64,000 nucleotides of DNA from the NCBI GenBank assembly GCA_002269645.1, contig NIVC01001790.1, forward strand, positions 37,611 through 101,610. The letters are read 5' to 3'. Under the pieces are notes generated by a model. It was given only the letters and a program-made list of their open reading frames with translations. It did no database searches and was not told the origin of the DNA. Source of the DNA: Macrostomum lignano (lineage: Eukaryota). The position numbers and the translations under genes were made by a program. Shown piece after piece: positions 21,663 through 44,800 of the stretch (positions within the stretch are counted from its first letter, which is position 1; each line of letters opens with the position of its first letter).

Positions 21663-22815
21663 AAGGGCACCGCAACTGCGCCCCCGAGTTCTTTTTATGG
21701 GCACCGCTAATGCCCGCCTGTTCCTTATATGAGCACCGCTGCTCCCCCCAGTTCCTTCGATGAGCACCGCTACTCCCCCAGTATGATGGGCACCACTACT
21801 CGCCCCAGTTCGATCCTTTGATGGGCACCGCTACTCCCCCCAGTTCGATCCTTTGATGGGCAACGCTACTCCCCCCAGTTCGATCCTTTGATGGGCACCG
21901 CTACTCCCCCCAGTTCGATCCTTTGATGGGCACCGCTACTCCCCCAGTTCACTTGATGGGCACCGCTACTCCCCCCAGTTCGATCCTTTGATGGGCAACG
22001 CTACTCCCCCCAGTTCGATCCTTTGATGGGCACCGCTACTCCCCCCAGTTCGATCCTTTGATGGGCACCGCTTCTCCCCCAGTTCACTTGATGGGCACCG
22101 CTACTCCCCCGTTCCTTGATGGGCACCGCTACTCCCCCAGTTCCTTGATGGGCACCGCTACTCCCCCCAGTTCGATCCTTTGATGGGCACCGCTACTCCC
22201 CCAGTTCACTTGATGGGCACCGCTACTCCACCAGTTCCTTTGATGGATACCGCTACTCCCCCAAGTTTCTTTTAATGGGCACCGCTACTCCCCCGTTCCT
22301 TGATGGGCACCGCTACTCCCCCCAGTTCGATCCTTTGATGGGCACCGCTACTCCCCCCAGTTCGATCCTTTGATGGGCACCGCTACTCCCCCAGTTCACT
22401 TGATGGGCACCGCTACTCCCCCGTTCCTTGATGGGCACCGCTACTCCCCCAGTTCCTTGATGGGCACCGCTACTCCCCCCAGTTCGATCCTTTGATGGGC
22501 ACCGCTACTCCCCCAGTTCCTTGATGGGCACCGCTACTCCCCCCAGTTCGATCCTTTGATGGGCACCGCTACTCCCCCAGTTCACTTGATGGGCACCGCT
22601 ACTCCACCAGTTCCTTTGATGGGCACCGCTACTCCACCAGTTCCTTTGATGAGCACCGCTACTCCCCCCAGTTCCTTTGATGGATACCGCTACTCCCCCT
22701 AGTTTCTTTTAATGGGCACCGCTACTCCCCCAGTTCCTTCGATGGATACCGCTACTCCCCCAGTTCCTTTGATGGGCACCGCTACTCCCCCAGTTCACTT
22801 GATGGGCACCGCTAT
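21663..22815. repeat. ~28-33 bp minisatellite just downstream of the EML stop codon
   Basis: GATGGGCACCGCTACTCCCCCCAGTTC(GATCCTT/AC/C)TT units with variable C-run length. Confidence 0.95.
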
Positions 22816-22913
22816 CCTCCCTCCCAGTGCGATCCTTTGATAAAAACTTCAAATTCATATCTTGTCTCAAAAAGTCTGCTTATAGTCTGCTCAAGTCTAC
22901 AGCAATCTGTAGC

Positions 22914-30566
<7,653 letters not shown>

Positions 30567-31091
30567 TTTCAGTAGTTTTTCTATATGTTTTGTTACGGAT
30601 AATCTAATTTTTCAAACAGAGAAAATATTGCACAAATAGTTAGCCGCTAGTCAATGCTAATGAACAGGACTTCTTTGCTAGCTTGTCTGCGCTTCCCTGC
30701 GTCTCCTTTTGACCGATCCCTAGCTGGGCTCAGGTGTGTGCATATTATGGTTACCATGGAAACTTATGGGCGGAGAGATCGAGAGAGAGACACACACAGA
30801 GGAAGGGAGTGAGGGGTAATTTTCGAGACAGGAAAGGAAGTAGAGAAGTGTGTGATCCCGGGATTCGTTCGTCCATTCCCATTGCTCTGCACTGTGGGGA
30901 TTAGAGAGAGAGGGCTTGGTAGATAAGGGTCTGGTCAGGTGCGCGGGACAGGGATTGGATTGTGTACTCAGGATTGGGTCATTAGTAGGACAGAAATACT
31001 CTGATTTGAGCGCAGGAACTTTTACCCCCTATAGTGCTCACTGCCTGCTTGCTCCTGTTCACAACGGCCCATCCTGCCCCCTTTTCTGCAT

Positions 31092-31890
31092 CTAGAGTGC
31101 TAGAAATAGAGTATCTAGAGTGCTAGATGTAAAGTATCTAGAGTGCTAGATGTAAAGTATCTAGAGTGCTAAATGTAAAGTATCTAGAGTGCTAGATGTA
31201 AAGTATCTAGAGTGCTAAATGTAAAGTATCTAGAGTGCTAGATGTAAAGTATCTAGAGTGCTAGATGTAAAGTATCTAGAGTGCTAGAAATAGAGTATCT
31301 AGAGTGCTAGATGTAAAGTATCTAGAGTGCTAAATGTAAAGTATCTAGAGTGCTAGACTTAAAGTATCTAGAGTGCTAAATGTAAAGTATCTAGAGTGCT
31401 AGATGTAAAGTATCTAGAGTGCTAAATGTAAAGTATCTAGAGTGCTAGATGTAAAGTATCTAGAGTGCTAAATGTAAAGTATCTAGAGTGCTAGATGTAA
31501 AGTATCTAGAGTGCTAGACTTAAAGTATCTAGAGTGCTAGACTTAAGGTATCTAGAGTGCTAGACTTAAAGTATCTAGAGTGCTAAATGTAAAGTATCTA
31601 GAGTGCTAGATGTAAAGTATCTAGAGTGCTAGATGTAAAGTATCTAGAGTGCTAGATGTAAAGTATCTAGAGTGCTTGATGTAAAGTATCTAGAGTGCTA
31701 GATGTAAAGTATCTAGAGTGCTAGATGTAAAGTATCTAGAGTGCTAGACTTAAAGTATCTAGAGTGCTAAATGTAAAGTATCTAGAGTGCTAGATGTAAA
31801 GTATCTAGAGTGCTAGATGTAAAGTATCTAGAGTGCTAGATGTAAAGTATCTAGAGTGCTAGATATAGAGCATCCAGAGTGCTAGATGAT
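31092..31890. repeat. 23-bp minisatellite upstream of EML
   Basis: TCTAGAGTGCTAGATGTAAAGTA units. Confidence 0.95.
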
Positions 31891-32289
31891 CTAGAAAAAC
31901 GTTAAGAATTAGAATCAGATAATTCCCACTGACAAACTACTAAATCAAGAGTTTTATGGAAAACTGTGGTACAAACTGTGGATAGTTGTTGCCATGCCGT
32001 TGCCAAGCGTTAATAATTGAGTGGCCGTCAATTATAGAAGCCCAGTTACGGGCGTACATGTATGAACGGTACAATGCGAATGGGCTGGGTGACAAGTGGG
32101 CAACAGTGCATAACATCTGATAATTAAGGAGGCAATACTTGAGGGGTAATTTAATTTACTCTCAAGTACAAGTACGAGAATCTATGAGCGTAGATACATA
32201 ATTTTTTTACGCTTATAGTAAAGAAAGTACTGAGCCAAATTCTGAAAATGGAGGGCTGCAGAGAAAGGGAGCGTCGGAGTTTGGGAAGG

Positions 32290-32700
32290 TGGAGAGAGGG
32301 GGTGGCGGAGAGAGGGTGTGACGGAGAGAGGGGGTGGCAGAGAGAGAGGGTGTGACGGAGAGAGGGGGTGGTGGAGAGAGGGGGTGGCGGAGAGAGGGTG
32401 TGGCGGAGAGAGAGGGTGGCGGAGAGAGGGTGTGGCGGAGAGAGGGGGTGGCGGAGAGAGAGGATGGCCGAGAGAGGGGGTAGCGGAGAGAGGGGGTGGC
32501 GGAGAGTGGGGGTCGCGGAGAGAGGGGGTGGCGGAGAGAGGGGGTAGCGGAGAGAGGGGGTAGCGGAGAGAAGGGGTGGCAGAGAGAGAGGGTGGCGGAG
32601 AGAGAGGGTGGCAGAGAGAGAGGGTGGCGGAGAGAGAGGGTAGCGGAGAGAGGGGGTGGCGGAGAGAGGGTGTGGCAGAGAGAGGAGAGAAGAGGAGAGG
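32290..32700. repeat. ~16-bp purine-rich minisatellite
   Basis: GGCGGAGAGAGGGGGT variants. Confidence 0.9.
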
Positions 32701-33154
32701 AATATTGATAAAGAAGAGCATCACGAAGAGAGCAGATGGAGCTGCTGGCCGTAGTGAAACGAAAGTGCGCAATAAGATACAAGCGAGAGAAAACAGAAAA
32801 AGTTAGCACAAAAATGGTAATCTTCAAATTTAGTTTGCAACAAAAGAAATTGACACTTTTGCCTGCATAAAACTGCACTAGTGAATCCTATCTGGAAAAT
32901 TTCTGAATTAATTAGCCTGCCTCCAAGTCTTTAATTGTGTTGCCTTTCGCAAAATTCTCATTAGCAAGTCAATCAACTTTTTAGACAGCGAACATGAGCC
33001 CTCAGGTGACAGGTAACTCAGTGTAGTCAATAACAGTCTGCAGCTTGTAGCAGGATCAAGCTTGTGCCATGGAGTTTCAGAATTCTAACAATCTGGGAAT
33101 GAAAACTGACATACTAAATCTTTTTAGTATTATCTAGTTTCTGCAGTAGTAGTA

Positions 33155-34480
<1,326 letters not shown>

Positions 34481-34639
34481 GTACGGTAGAGACAGACCAT
34501 TCCAATGAGAGGCGATGAAGTACTGCAGGAAGGCTACCTTAACAGTTAGTCAGTCCAGACAATAAGTCTAAAGCTCCATGCTTGCACTATAAATACCTGT
34601 AGGTCCTCTCTCTCGCACTGTGAACTGTTGCTTCCAGAA

Positions 34640-37600
34640 ATGTCACAGCAGCAAAAATCGACCCTTGACCCGCCAGCCGTCGCTTCCGACAAGCAAACTC
34701 GTCGAAAAGAAAAAGACGAAGTTAAAAAGAAGAGAGCAGCTCTGGTCTTTGTTGAACGCAGATTAGAAGCCCGCGCCGAGCTCAAACTAAAAATCATTCT
34801 GATAGGCAGTAGCGGAGTTGGCAAGAGCAGTTTGTTGAGCAAATTTCTTGAAGAAACTGCCGACATTGGACAGATGCAGCTGACGATTCTGTGCGACTTC
34901 TTTCACTGCATGCTCAGGCTGGGAGGCAGAACCGTGCAGCTCAGGATGTGGGACACTGGCGGAATGGTGACCTTGCTCAACTGTGTCTGGCATGCTCAAC
35001 TGTGTCTGGCATGCTCAGCTGTGTCTGGCATGCTCAGCTGTGTCTGGCATGCTCAGCTGTGTCTGGCATGCTCAACTGTGTCTGGCATGCTCAACTGTGT
35101 CTGGCATGCTCAACTGTGTCTGGCATGCTCAACTGTGTCTGGCATGCTCAACTGTGTCTGGCATGCTCAACTGTGTCTGGCATGCTCAACTGTGTCTGGC
35201 ATGCTCAACTGTGTCTGGCATGCTCAACTGTGTCTGGCATGCTCAACTGTGTCTGGCATGCTCAACTGTGTCTGGCATGCTCAGCTGTGTCTGGCATGCT
35301 CAGCTGTGTCTGACATGCTCAACTGTGTCTGGCATGCTCAACTGTGTCTGGCATGCTCAGCTGTGTCTGGCATGCTCAACTGTGTCTGGCATGCTCAACT
35401 GTGTCTGGCATGCTCAACTGTGTCTGGCATGCTCAGCTGTGTCTGGCATGCTCAACTGTGTCTGGCATGCTCAACTGTGTCTGGCATGCTCAACTGTGTC
35501 TGGCATGCTCAACTGTGTCTGGCATGCTCAACTGTGTCTGACATGCTCAGCTGTGTCTGGCATGCTCAACTGTGTCTGGCATGCTCAACTGTGTCTGGCA
35601 TGCTCAACTGTGTCTGGCATGCTCAACTGTGTCTGGCATGCTCAACTGTGTCTGGCATGCTCAACTGTGTCTGGCATGCTCAACTGTGTCTGGCATGCTC
35701 AGCTGTGTCTGGCATGCTCAACTGTGTCTGGCATGCTCAACTGTGTCTGGCATGCTCAACTGTGTCTGGCATGCTCAACTGTGTCTGGCATGCTCAACTG
35801 TGTCTGGCATGCTCAACTGTGTCTGGCATGCTCAACTGTGTCTGGCATGCTCAACTGTGTCTGACATGCTCAACTGTGTCAGGCATGCTCAACTGTGTCT
35901 GGCATGCTCAGCTGTGTCTGGCATGCTCAGCTGTGTCTGGCATGCTCAGCTGTGTCTGACATGCTCAACTGTGTCTGGCATGCTCAACTGTGTCTGGCAT
36001 GCTCAGCTGTGTCTGGCATGCTCAACTGTGTCTGGCATGCTCAACTGTGTCTGGCATGCTCTGAAATGCTCATTTATGTTGGACATGCTAGAGCAGCTAA
36101 ACTATCTAAAACGTTAGTTATATCATTCATTTATAAAAATTTCTGACTCGTCATCAACAATCTGACTCATCAATCAACCATCTGACACATCAACCAACCA
36201 TCTGACACATAATCAACCATCTGGCACATCAACCAACCATCTGACACATCAATCAACCATCTGACACATAAATCAACCATCTGGCACATCAATCAACCAT
36301 CTGACACATCAACCAACCATCTGACACATCAATCAACCATCTGACACATCAACCAACCATGTGACACATCAACCAACCATCTGGCACATCAAACCAACCA
36401 TCTGGCACATCAACCAACCATCTGGCACATCAACCAACCATCTGACACATCAATCAACCATCTGGCACATCAACCAACCATCTGACACATCAACCAACCA
36501 TCTGGCACATCAAACCAACCATCTGACACATCAATCAACCATCTGGCACATCAAATCAACCATCTGACACATCAACCAACCATCTGACACATCAATCAAC
36601 CATCTGGCACATCAACCAACCATCTGACACATCAATCAACCATCTGGCACATCAATAAACCATCTGTCACATCAATAAACCATCTGACACAAGCAATCAA
36701 CCATCTGACACATCAATAAACCATCCGACACATCAATGAACCATCTGACACATCAATCAACCATCTGACACATCAACCAACCATCTGTCACATCAATCAA
36801 CCATCTGACACATCAATCAACCATCTGACACATCAATAAACCATCTGGCACATCAATCAACCATCTGACACATCAACCAACCATCTGGCACATCAATAAA
36901 CCATCTGTCACATCAATAAACCATCTGACACAAGCAATCAACCATCTGACACATCAATAAACCATCTGACACATCAATCAACCATCTGACACATCAATCA
37001 ACCATCTGACACATCAACCAACCATCTGGCACATCAATCAACCATCTGTCACATCAATAAACCATCTGACACAAGCAATCAACCATCTGACACATCAACC
37101 AACCATCTGACACATCAATCAACCATCTGACACATCAACCAACCATCTGACACATCAAACCAACCATCTGACACATCAACCAACCATCTGACACATCAAT
37201 CAACCATCTGACACATCAAACCAACCATCTGACACATCAAACCAACCATCTGACACATCAACCAACCATCTGACACATCAACCAACCATCTGACACATCA
37301 GTCAACCATCTGACACATCAGTCAACCATCTGACACATCAGTCAACCATCTGACACATCAATCAACCATCTGACACATCAGTCAACCATCTGACACAAGC
37401 AATCAATCATCTGATACTTCAATCAAGGCTAATCAATACTCCAGGAGCGTTTCGAAGCAATGAACTTGGCATCGAACTTCTACCGGAACGCTCACGGCGT
37501 CATGCTCGTGTTCTCAGTCACCGATCTCGCTTCGTTCGAATCGCTGCCTCGCTGGTTGGACCGCGCCAGAGCCAGCATCGGCGGCAGTGGCGCAACCGGC

Positions 37601-37948
37601 GAAGGTGGCGAGTTCGAATGCTGCCTGGTTGGCAACAAGGCAGATGAAGAGTACAGGAGGCTGGTGTCTCACAGAGAGGCTCAACGCTATGCCAATCAGC
37701 TCGGCGTGCCCTACATTGAGACCTCGGCTCTGAACGTGGTCAACGTGCAGAAAGCGTTCGTTGACCTGACACTGGCCATCATGAGAAGCAGACTGCCGCT
37801 TCAAGAAGACCGCTCCCAGACTGCTGCGGTCAAACTCAGACAGCAGAAAGCGCAGCAGCGGCTGCAGTCATCGGCTGAAGCTTTTACTGATGAAGCTGAA
37901 AGCATTGGTTACAGACGGAGACGGAAGCTGGCCTGCGTGTGCCTCTAA
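34640..37948 (+). CDS. RAB: Divergent Rab-family small GTPase, 2 exons (34640-34966, 37445-37948), ~276 aa
   Basis: G1 GSSGVGKSS, effector-like TILCDF, G3 WDTGG-M|ERF across the splice, FYRNAHGVMLVFSVT, G4 GNKAD, G5 IETSA, C-terminal RRRRKLACVCL. The donor (ATG|GTGACC) is weak but the phase fits. Confidence 0.85.
34976..36060. repeat. 19-bp minisatellite in the Rab intron
   Basis: CTGTGTCTGGCATGCTCAA units starting ~10 nt after the donor. Confidence 0.95.
36160..37420. repeat. 20-bp minisatellite in the Rab intron
   Basis: CCATCTGACACATCAA(C/T)CAA units ending ~20 nt before the acceptor. Confidence 0.95.
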
Positions 37949-37967
37949 GATCTGAAGGGACGATTAA

Positions 37968-38460
<493 letters not shown>

Positions 38461-38867
38461 GTCCATTTCGTAGTCCATCTATCTGTCTAGCGGTCCATCC
38501 ATCGTAAAAAGATTGTCCACATGTCTTACTAATAGTAGCATAGTGGCAGAGACATTTCAGAGAGCTCAGAAAGCACTAAATACTGGTAGTATATAGTAAA
38601 AAGGTCCAACTCTGTACAATACAAGAACACCCAGCCCCGCTTAGAAGTAAATCATTCAAATAAATCACATGAGCAGCACAGCTCAATTCAAGAAGCCCCC
38701 CTTATTCTTCTGTAAAAACTCCCGTCATGAAATAAGGCCATAGCCAGCCAATCGAAGCAGGGCAAGTCCTGAAGCCGTTCATATAAAAATTGTCTTTCAC
38801 TCGGACCCTGGATTAGTCTAAAGAAGAAGCCAAGCAGACAGACACTTACTGGCGGCTAAAAGCAACA

Positions 38868-41800
38868 ATGACAAAAGAATCTGAGAACAACAAACCAGCG
38901 GCAGGAAAAGCTGAAGATGAAGCTGATATCCAAGCTTCTCCTTCGCCGGTACCTGCCAAGAAGATTGAACTGCGCAAAGAGATCGGGGTACTCCAAGGAG
39001 TCGGCATCATTGTCGGGTGCATCGTCGGGTCCGGCATCTTCGTATCGCCGAAAGGCATTCTGCAAGAGTCAAAGAGCGTCGGCCTGAGCTTCATCATGTG
39101 GGCTGTTACTGGGATCTTCAGTGCACTGGGAGCCGTGTGCTACGCCGAGCTGGGTACTACTATTCCCAGGTCCGGGGCGAGTACATCTACGTACTGCAGG
39201 TCATGGGCGCCCTGCCAGCCTTTCTGGTGCTTTGGATCACCTTTGTTGCCATCGGGGCTGTTAGCAACGCCGCCAACTCGCTCCTGTTCGCCAAGTACTG
39301 CCTGTCACCGCTGTTTGTTGGCTGCCCCGTGCCCGAGCTGCTCACCAGGGCCACAGCCTTCCTGTCTGTTGGTGAGTTGCTCCTGTCTGTCCTTCCTGTC
39401 TGTTGGTGAGTTGCTCCTGTCTGTCCTTCCTGTCTGTTGGTGAGTTGCTCCTGTCTGTCCTTCCTGTCTGTTGGTGATTGGCTCCTGTCTGTTCTTCCTG
39501 TCTGTCCTTCCTGTCTGTTGGTGATTGGCTCCTGTCTGTTCTTCCTGTCTGTCCTTCCTGTCTGTTGGTGATTGGCTCCTGTCTGTCCTTCCTGTCTGTT
39601 GGTGAGTGGCTCCTGTCTGTCCTTCCTGTCTGTCCTTCCTGTCTGTCCTTCCTGTCTGTCCTTCCTGTCTGTTGGTGAGTTGCTCCTGTCTGTCCTTCCT
39701 GTCTGTCCCTCCTGTCTGCCCCTTCCATGCCTGTTCTTACCTGTCTTCGTCCCTGTCAGCCTAACTGTCTCTCCTTACCTGTCTCTCCTTACCTGTCTCT
39801 CCTTACCTGTCTCTCCTTACCTGTCTCTCCTTACCTGTCTCTCCTTACCTGTCTCTCCTTACCTGTCTCTCCTTACCTGTCTCTCCTTACCTGTCTCTCC
39901 TTACCTGTCTCTCCTTACCTGTCTCTCCTTACCTGTCTCTCCTTACCTCTCTTTTCTCCTTTACAAGGCAGTGGTATTTAAAAGACTGCATAAAAAACGG
40001 TGCAGTCGCACAAGGAAAAAAACATGAAACACTTCTAGAAGAAACTATAATCTGCAGAATCCCAATGCTTCATCATTAACAGTGTGCGGTTAAATTAGCT
40101 AGCAGCAGGAAACGGTGGTGCAGTCCTGGAAAGCAGTTTTTATCGGCGGTATAAACGGCATTTTCCAAGTTTTTATGGTAGCAGACGTTAAGTGGATCCA
40201 ACTATTATATTTACCGGTAAATGTCTCGAATTCCTTGGAAAAATCTTTACTTGCACTCGAATGCGAGCAACTTAGAAACACAGTTGTTGGGGAACTGATT
40301 TTGTAAATCAATAACTGACTTGGTTCCAGCTTCATGGGATATCTTGTGTGGCCTCAGCTGCATCAGAACTCATGGGATATCTTTATGTGGCCTCAGCTTC
40401 ATCAGAACTCATGGGATAACTTGTGTGGCCTCAGCTGCATCAGAACTCATGGGATAACTTGTGTGGCCTCAGCTTCATCAGAACTCATGGGATAACTTGT
40501 GTGGCCTCAGCTTCATCTGAACTCATGGGATATCTTGTGTGGCCTCAGCTTCATCTGAACTCATGGGATATCTTGTGTGGCCTCAGCTTCATCAGAACTC
40601 ATGGGATATCTTGTGTGGCCTCAGCTGCATCAGAACTCATGGGATATCTTGTGTGGCCTCAGCTTCATCAGAACTCATGGGATATCTTGTGTGGCCTCAG
40701 CTTCATCTGAACTCATGGGATATCTTGTGTGGCCTCAGCTGCATCAGAACTCATGGGATATCTTGTGTGGCCTCAGCTTCATCAGAACTCATGGGATATC
40801 TTGTGTGGCCTCAGCTTCATCTGAACTCATGGGATATCTTGTGTGGCCTCAGCTTCATCTTCAGCTTGACATTTGAATTGTTAAAATGTGGTGATAAAAA
40901 AGGAAAAGTTTGAATTCAGTTTTCCAAACCCAGAACTGCGTTCGCCTCGAGCATATTTAAAAGTGGGATAAATGCACGAAGCACGAACCTATAGGTCGGA
41001 TTCCTGCACGCATGCCAGGATATCTCCCCACCCAGCTTGCCTACACGTAGCTTTTCAGCCTTTGTTGCCAAGATGCACCACCCCGAGGGGGATCTCCTGC
41101 AATCAAGCGGGACTATAGCCAACCTTTGAAAACTTTTTCCCAAGAATTGGTAAGCCAGGCAGCGGCCTCTAGGAGAGGAGAAGAAGAGAGGCGGGGTCAG
41201 AGACAGCTGTTGCTGGCAGACCTAATTCTCTCCGCGGCTTCCCACAACCGACCACTTTCCTAATCTGGCAGCGGGAAGGCAATTCATGGCCAGGGACCGG
41301 AAATCCAGGGTTCAAGGCTGGCTCCCAGAGAAAGAAGTGAAGGCCAAGTGGTGACTGTTAGGTTTCTTTTGTCTTCCTCTGGATTCGATTGAGGTTGCTA
41401 AACTGGCTTTCCCAAAGCCAGGAGACTCACAGATCAGGTTACCTCTGAGTTAACTTGTGTTTATTTGGCAGTGCTATCGCCCTCTGCTTTCAGTTTAAAC
41501 GCTACCTCTTCTCTTCTCTCCTCTCCTCTCCTCCCCTCTCCTCTCCTCTCCTCTCCTCTCCTCTCCTCTCCTCTCCTCTCCTCTCTTCTCCTCTCCTCTC
41601 CTCTCCTCTCCTCTCCTCTCCTCTCCTCTCCTCTCCTCTCCTCTCCTCTCTTCTCCTCTCCTCTCCTCTCCTCTCCTCTCCTCTCCTCTCCTCTCTCTCC
41701 TCTCCTCTCCTCTCCTCTCCTCTCCTCTCCTCTCCTCTCCTCTCCTCTCCTCTCCTCTCCTCTCCTCTCCTCTCCTCTCCTCTCCTCTCCTCTCCTCTCC

Positions 41801-44800
41801 TCTCCTCTCCTCCCTCCTCTTTCGTCTCCTCTCCTCTCCTCTCCTCTCCTCTCCTCTCCTCTCCTCTCCTCTCCTCTCTTCTCCTCTCCTCTCTTCTCCT
41901 CTCCTCTCCTCTCCTCTCCTCTCCTCTCCTCTCCTCTCCTCTCCTCTCCTCTCCTCTCCTCTCCTCTCCTCTCTCTCCTCTCCTCTCCTCTCCTCTCCTC
42001 TCCTCTCCTCTCCTCTCCTCTCCTCTCCTCTCCTCTCTCTCCTCTCTCCTCTCCTCTCCTCTCCTCTCCTCTCCTCTCCTCTCCTCTCCTCTCTCTCCTC
42101 TCCTCTCCTCTCCTCTCCTCTCCTCTCCTCTCCTCTCCTCTCCTCTCCTCTCCTCTCCTCTCCTCCCTCCTCTTTCGTCTCCTCTCCTCTCCTCTCCTCT
42201 CCTCTCCTCTCCTCTCCTCTCCTCTCTTCTCCTCTCCTCTCTTCTCCTCTCCTCTCCTCTCCTCTCCTCTCCTCTCCTCTCCTCTCCTCTCCTCTCCTCT
42301 CCTCTCCTCTCCTCTCTCTCTCCTCCTCTCTCTCCTCTCCTCTCCTCTCCTCTCCTCTCCTCTCCTCTCCTCTCCTCTCCTCTCCTCTCCTTCTCCTCTC
42401 CTCTCCTCTCCTCTCCTCTCCTCTCCTCTCCTCTCCTCTCCTCTCCTCTCCTCTCCTCTCCTCTCCTCTCCTCCCCTCCTCTTTCGTCTCCTCTCCTCTC
42501 CTCTCCTCTCCTCTCCTCTCCTCTCCTCTCCTCTCTTCTCCTCTCCTCTCTTCTCCTCTCCTCTCCTCTCCTCTCCTCTCCTCTCCTCTCCTCTCCTCTC
42601 CTCTCCTCTCCCTCTCCTCTCCTCTCTTCTCCTCTCCTCTCCTCTCCTCTCCTCTCCTCTCCTCTCCTCTCCTCTCCTCTCCTCTCCTCTCCTCTCCTCT
42701 CTTCTCCTCTCCTCTCTTCTCCTCTCCTCTCCTCTCCTCTCCTCTCCTCTCCTCTCCTCTCCTCTCCTCTCCTCCCCTCCTCTTTCGTCTCCTCTCCTCT
42801 CCTCTCCTCTCCTCTCCTCTCCTCTCCTCTCCTCCCCTCCTCTCGTCTCCTCTCCTCTCCTCTCCTCTCCTCTCCTCTCCTCTCCTCTCCTCTCCTCTCC
42901 TCTCCTCTTCTCTCCTCTACTCTCCTCTCCTCTCCTCTCTTCTCCTCTCCTCTCTTCTCCTCTCCTCTCCTCTCCTCTCCTCTCCTCTCCTCTCCTCTCC
43001 TCTCCTCTCCTCTCCTCTCCTCTCCTCTCCTCTCCTCTCCTCTCCTCTCCTCTCCTCTCCTCTCCTCTCCTCTCCTCTCCTCTCCTCTCCTCTCCTCTCC
43101 TCTCCTCTCCTCTCCTCTCCTCTCCTCTCCTCTCCTCTCCTCTCCTCTCCTCTCCTCTCCTCTCCTCTCCTCTCCTCTCCTCTGCTCTCCTCATTCGTCC
43201 CCTTTTGCCTGTATGTTTTGGATTTATAACTTCAAAAAGGCCAAGAACGATCCGCAGCATTATGCTCACAATAGGACCATATATGCTCGACAGTAGCTCA
43301 TGTATTTTATTTGTTTGCTATTGCAGCAATATTGAGTGAGCAATCGATATAGACTTCTGGTTCTACACAACTTGTTGGCACTTGGAAGAGCCTCTGTCCA
43401 TGAGCACAAAGAGTCACGTGTTTTCCTCGCTCCGAGTAAACTCTCTCGAGCGATCATTTCCTGGAATGCTCAATAATGCATGCGGTTAATGACAGTTGCT
43501 TCTAGCAGCTGTTTGCTTGCAAACAGCTTACAAAACAAGTTCGGGAAATTTAATTATCCGAGTAATTAGCAGCATAGACTACTGATTGCTAGGAACGCAT
43601 TAAAATTAAGGCCAATATTTTATTTTGAGACTTTGCGTCTTCATCGGAGTCAATTTATTTCCATAACGAGATGCGCTAGCTTTGACAATCTCAAATTTCA
43701 TTTTTTTTAGCTGTAGGGAAATTGTTTTATTTGATTGACTGGCTAAAACCGAAGGTTGACTCTAAATCCGATTAGCTAAAGTCCTTTGTCAGACAATAGA
43801 ACCCAATTACCATTCAAGAGTCCAACAGATTAAACTCCTGTGACTCTCGGCGGTTCTTCAGACCAAACCAAGAAAATGATCGAATTCTCACGGCGCTCAA
43901 CTTTATTGCAACAGGTGGCCACGTACTCAGTCTATCTAGACAATTGTCGGGTGCCAAAATAACTTGGAAAGTTCTGCAGCACCGAAGTCTAATGAATTCC
44001 GTGAAATTGTCAATTGTGGGTTGTTTAAGTCATGAAAACGAAAACTGTACTTAACTTAAATCAGTGACGTATATTAAGCGCACGCAGGGACTACTAAAAC
44101 ACGGGACAGGAAACTGGCCAAATCATGCAGAAAGTAGTTGGAGGCTGGTAGTACTAGCTGTTTTAGTAGTCCCTGTGCGTACTTAATCGCATAATATCAA
44201 CATGAAACTGCCGCATCCACCACCCCATAGCACCTACCACCCCACAGCACTCACCACACCACAACACTCACCACCCACAGCACCCACCACACCACAACAA
44301 CCAACACCCCATAGAAATGATAGCATCCATGCACAATACCCTGAAATATCGATCGTTCGTCAATCTTCGCTTTTACTCAACACAGCGCTCCTATGCTCCA
44401 TCAACTGCATCAACGTTAAATGGGCCACAAAAACAGCCGTCATCATTTCGATCTGCAAAGTTAGCGCCCTAATTCTGGTAACCGTCATCGGTTTCTACAA
44501 CCTGGCTCAGGGTAAGACGGAAAACTTCGAATATTCATTCAGTGGAAGTGACTACGGAGTTGGCATGATCTCCGCTTTCTACCAGGGCTTCTGGGCCTTT
44601 GCTGGATGGTGAGTTCTTGCTCCGGACTTTTTTGGAGGATTCTGTCGGTGGTGGGTGCTGTGGGGTGGTGGGTGCTGTGAGGTGGTGGGTGCTGTGAGGT
44701 GGTGGGTGCTGTGAGGTGGTGGGTGCTGTGGGGTGGTAGGTGCTGTGGAGTGGTGGGTGCTGTGGAGTGGTGGGTGCTGTGAGGTGGTGGGTGCTGTGAG

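Noticed and set aside
40060-41450. GC-richer unique segments in SLC7 intron 1 with short minus-strand ORFs (one ends in CC; one is faintly LINE-tail-like)
   Set aside because: No recognisable motif set or consistent splice structure. A homology search is needed before any claim.
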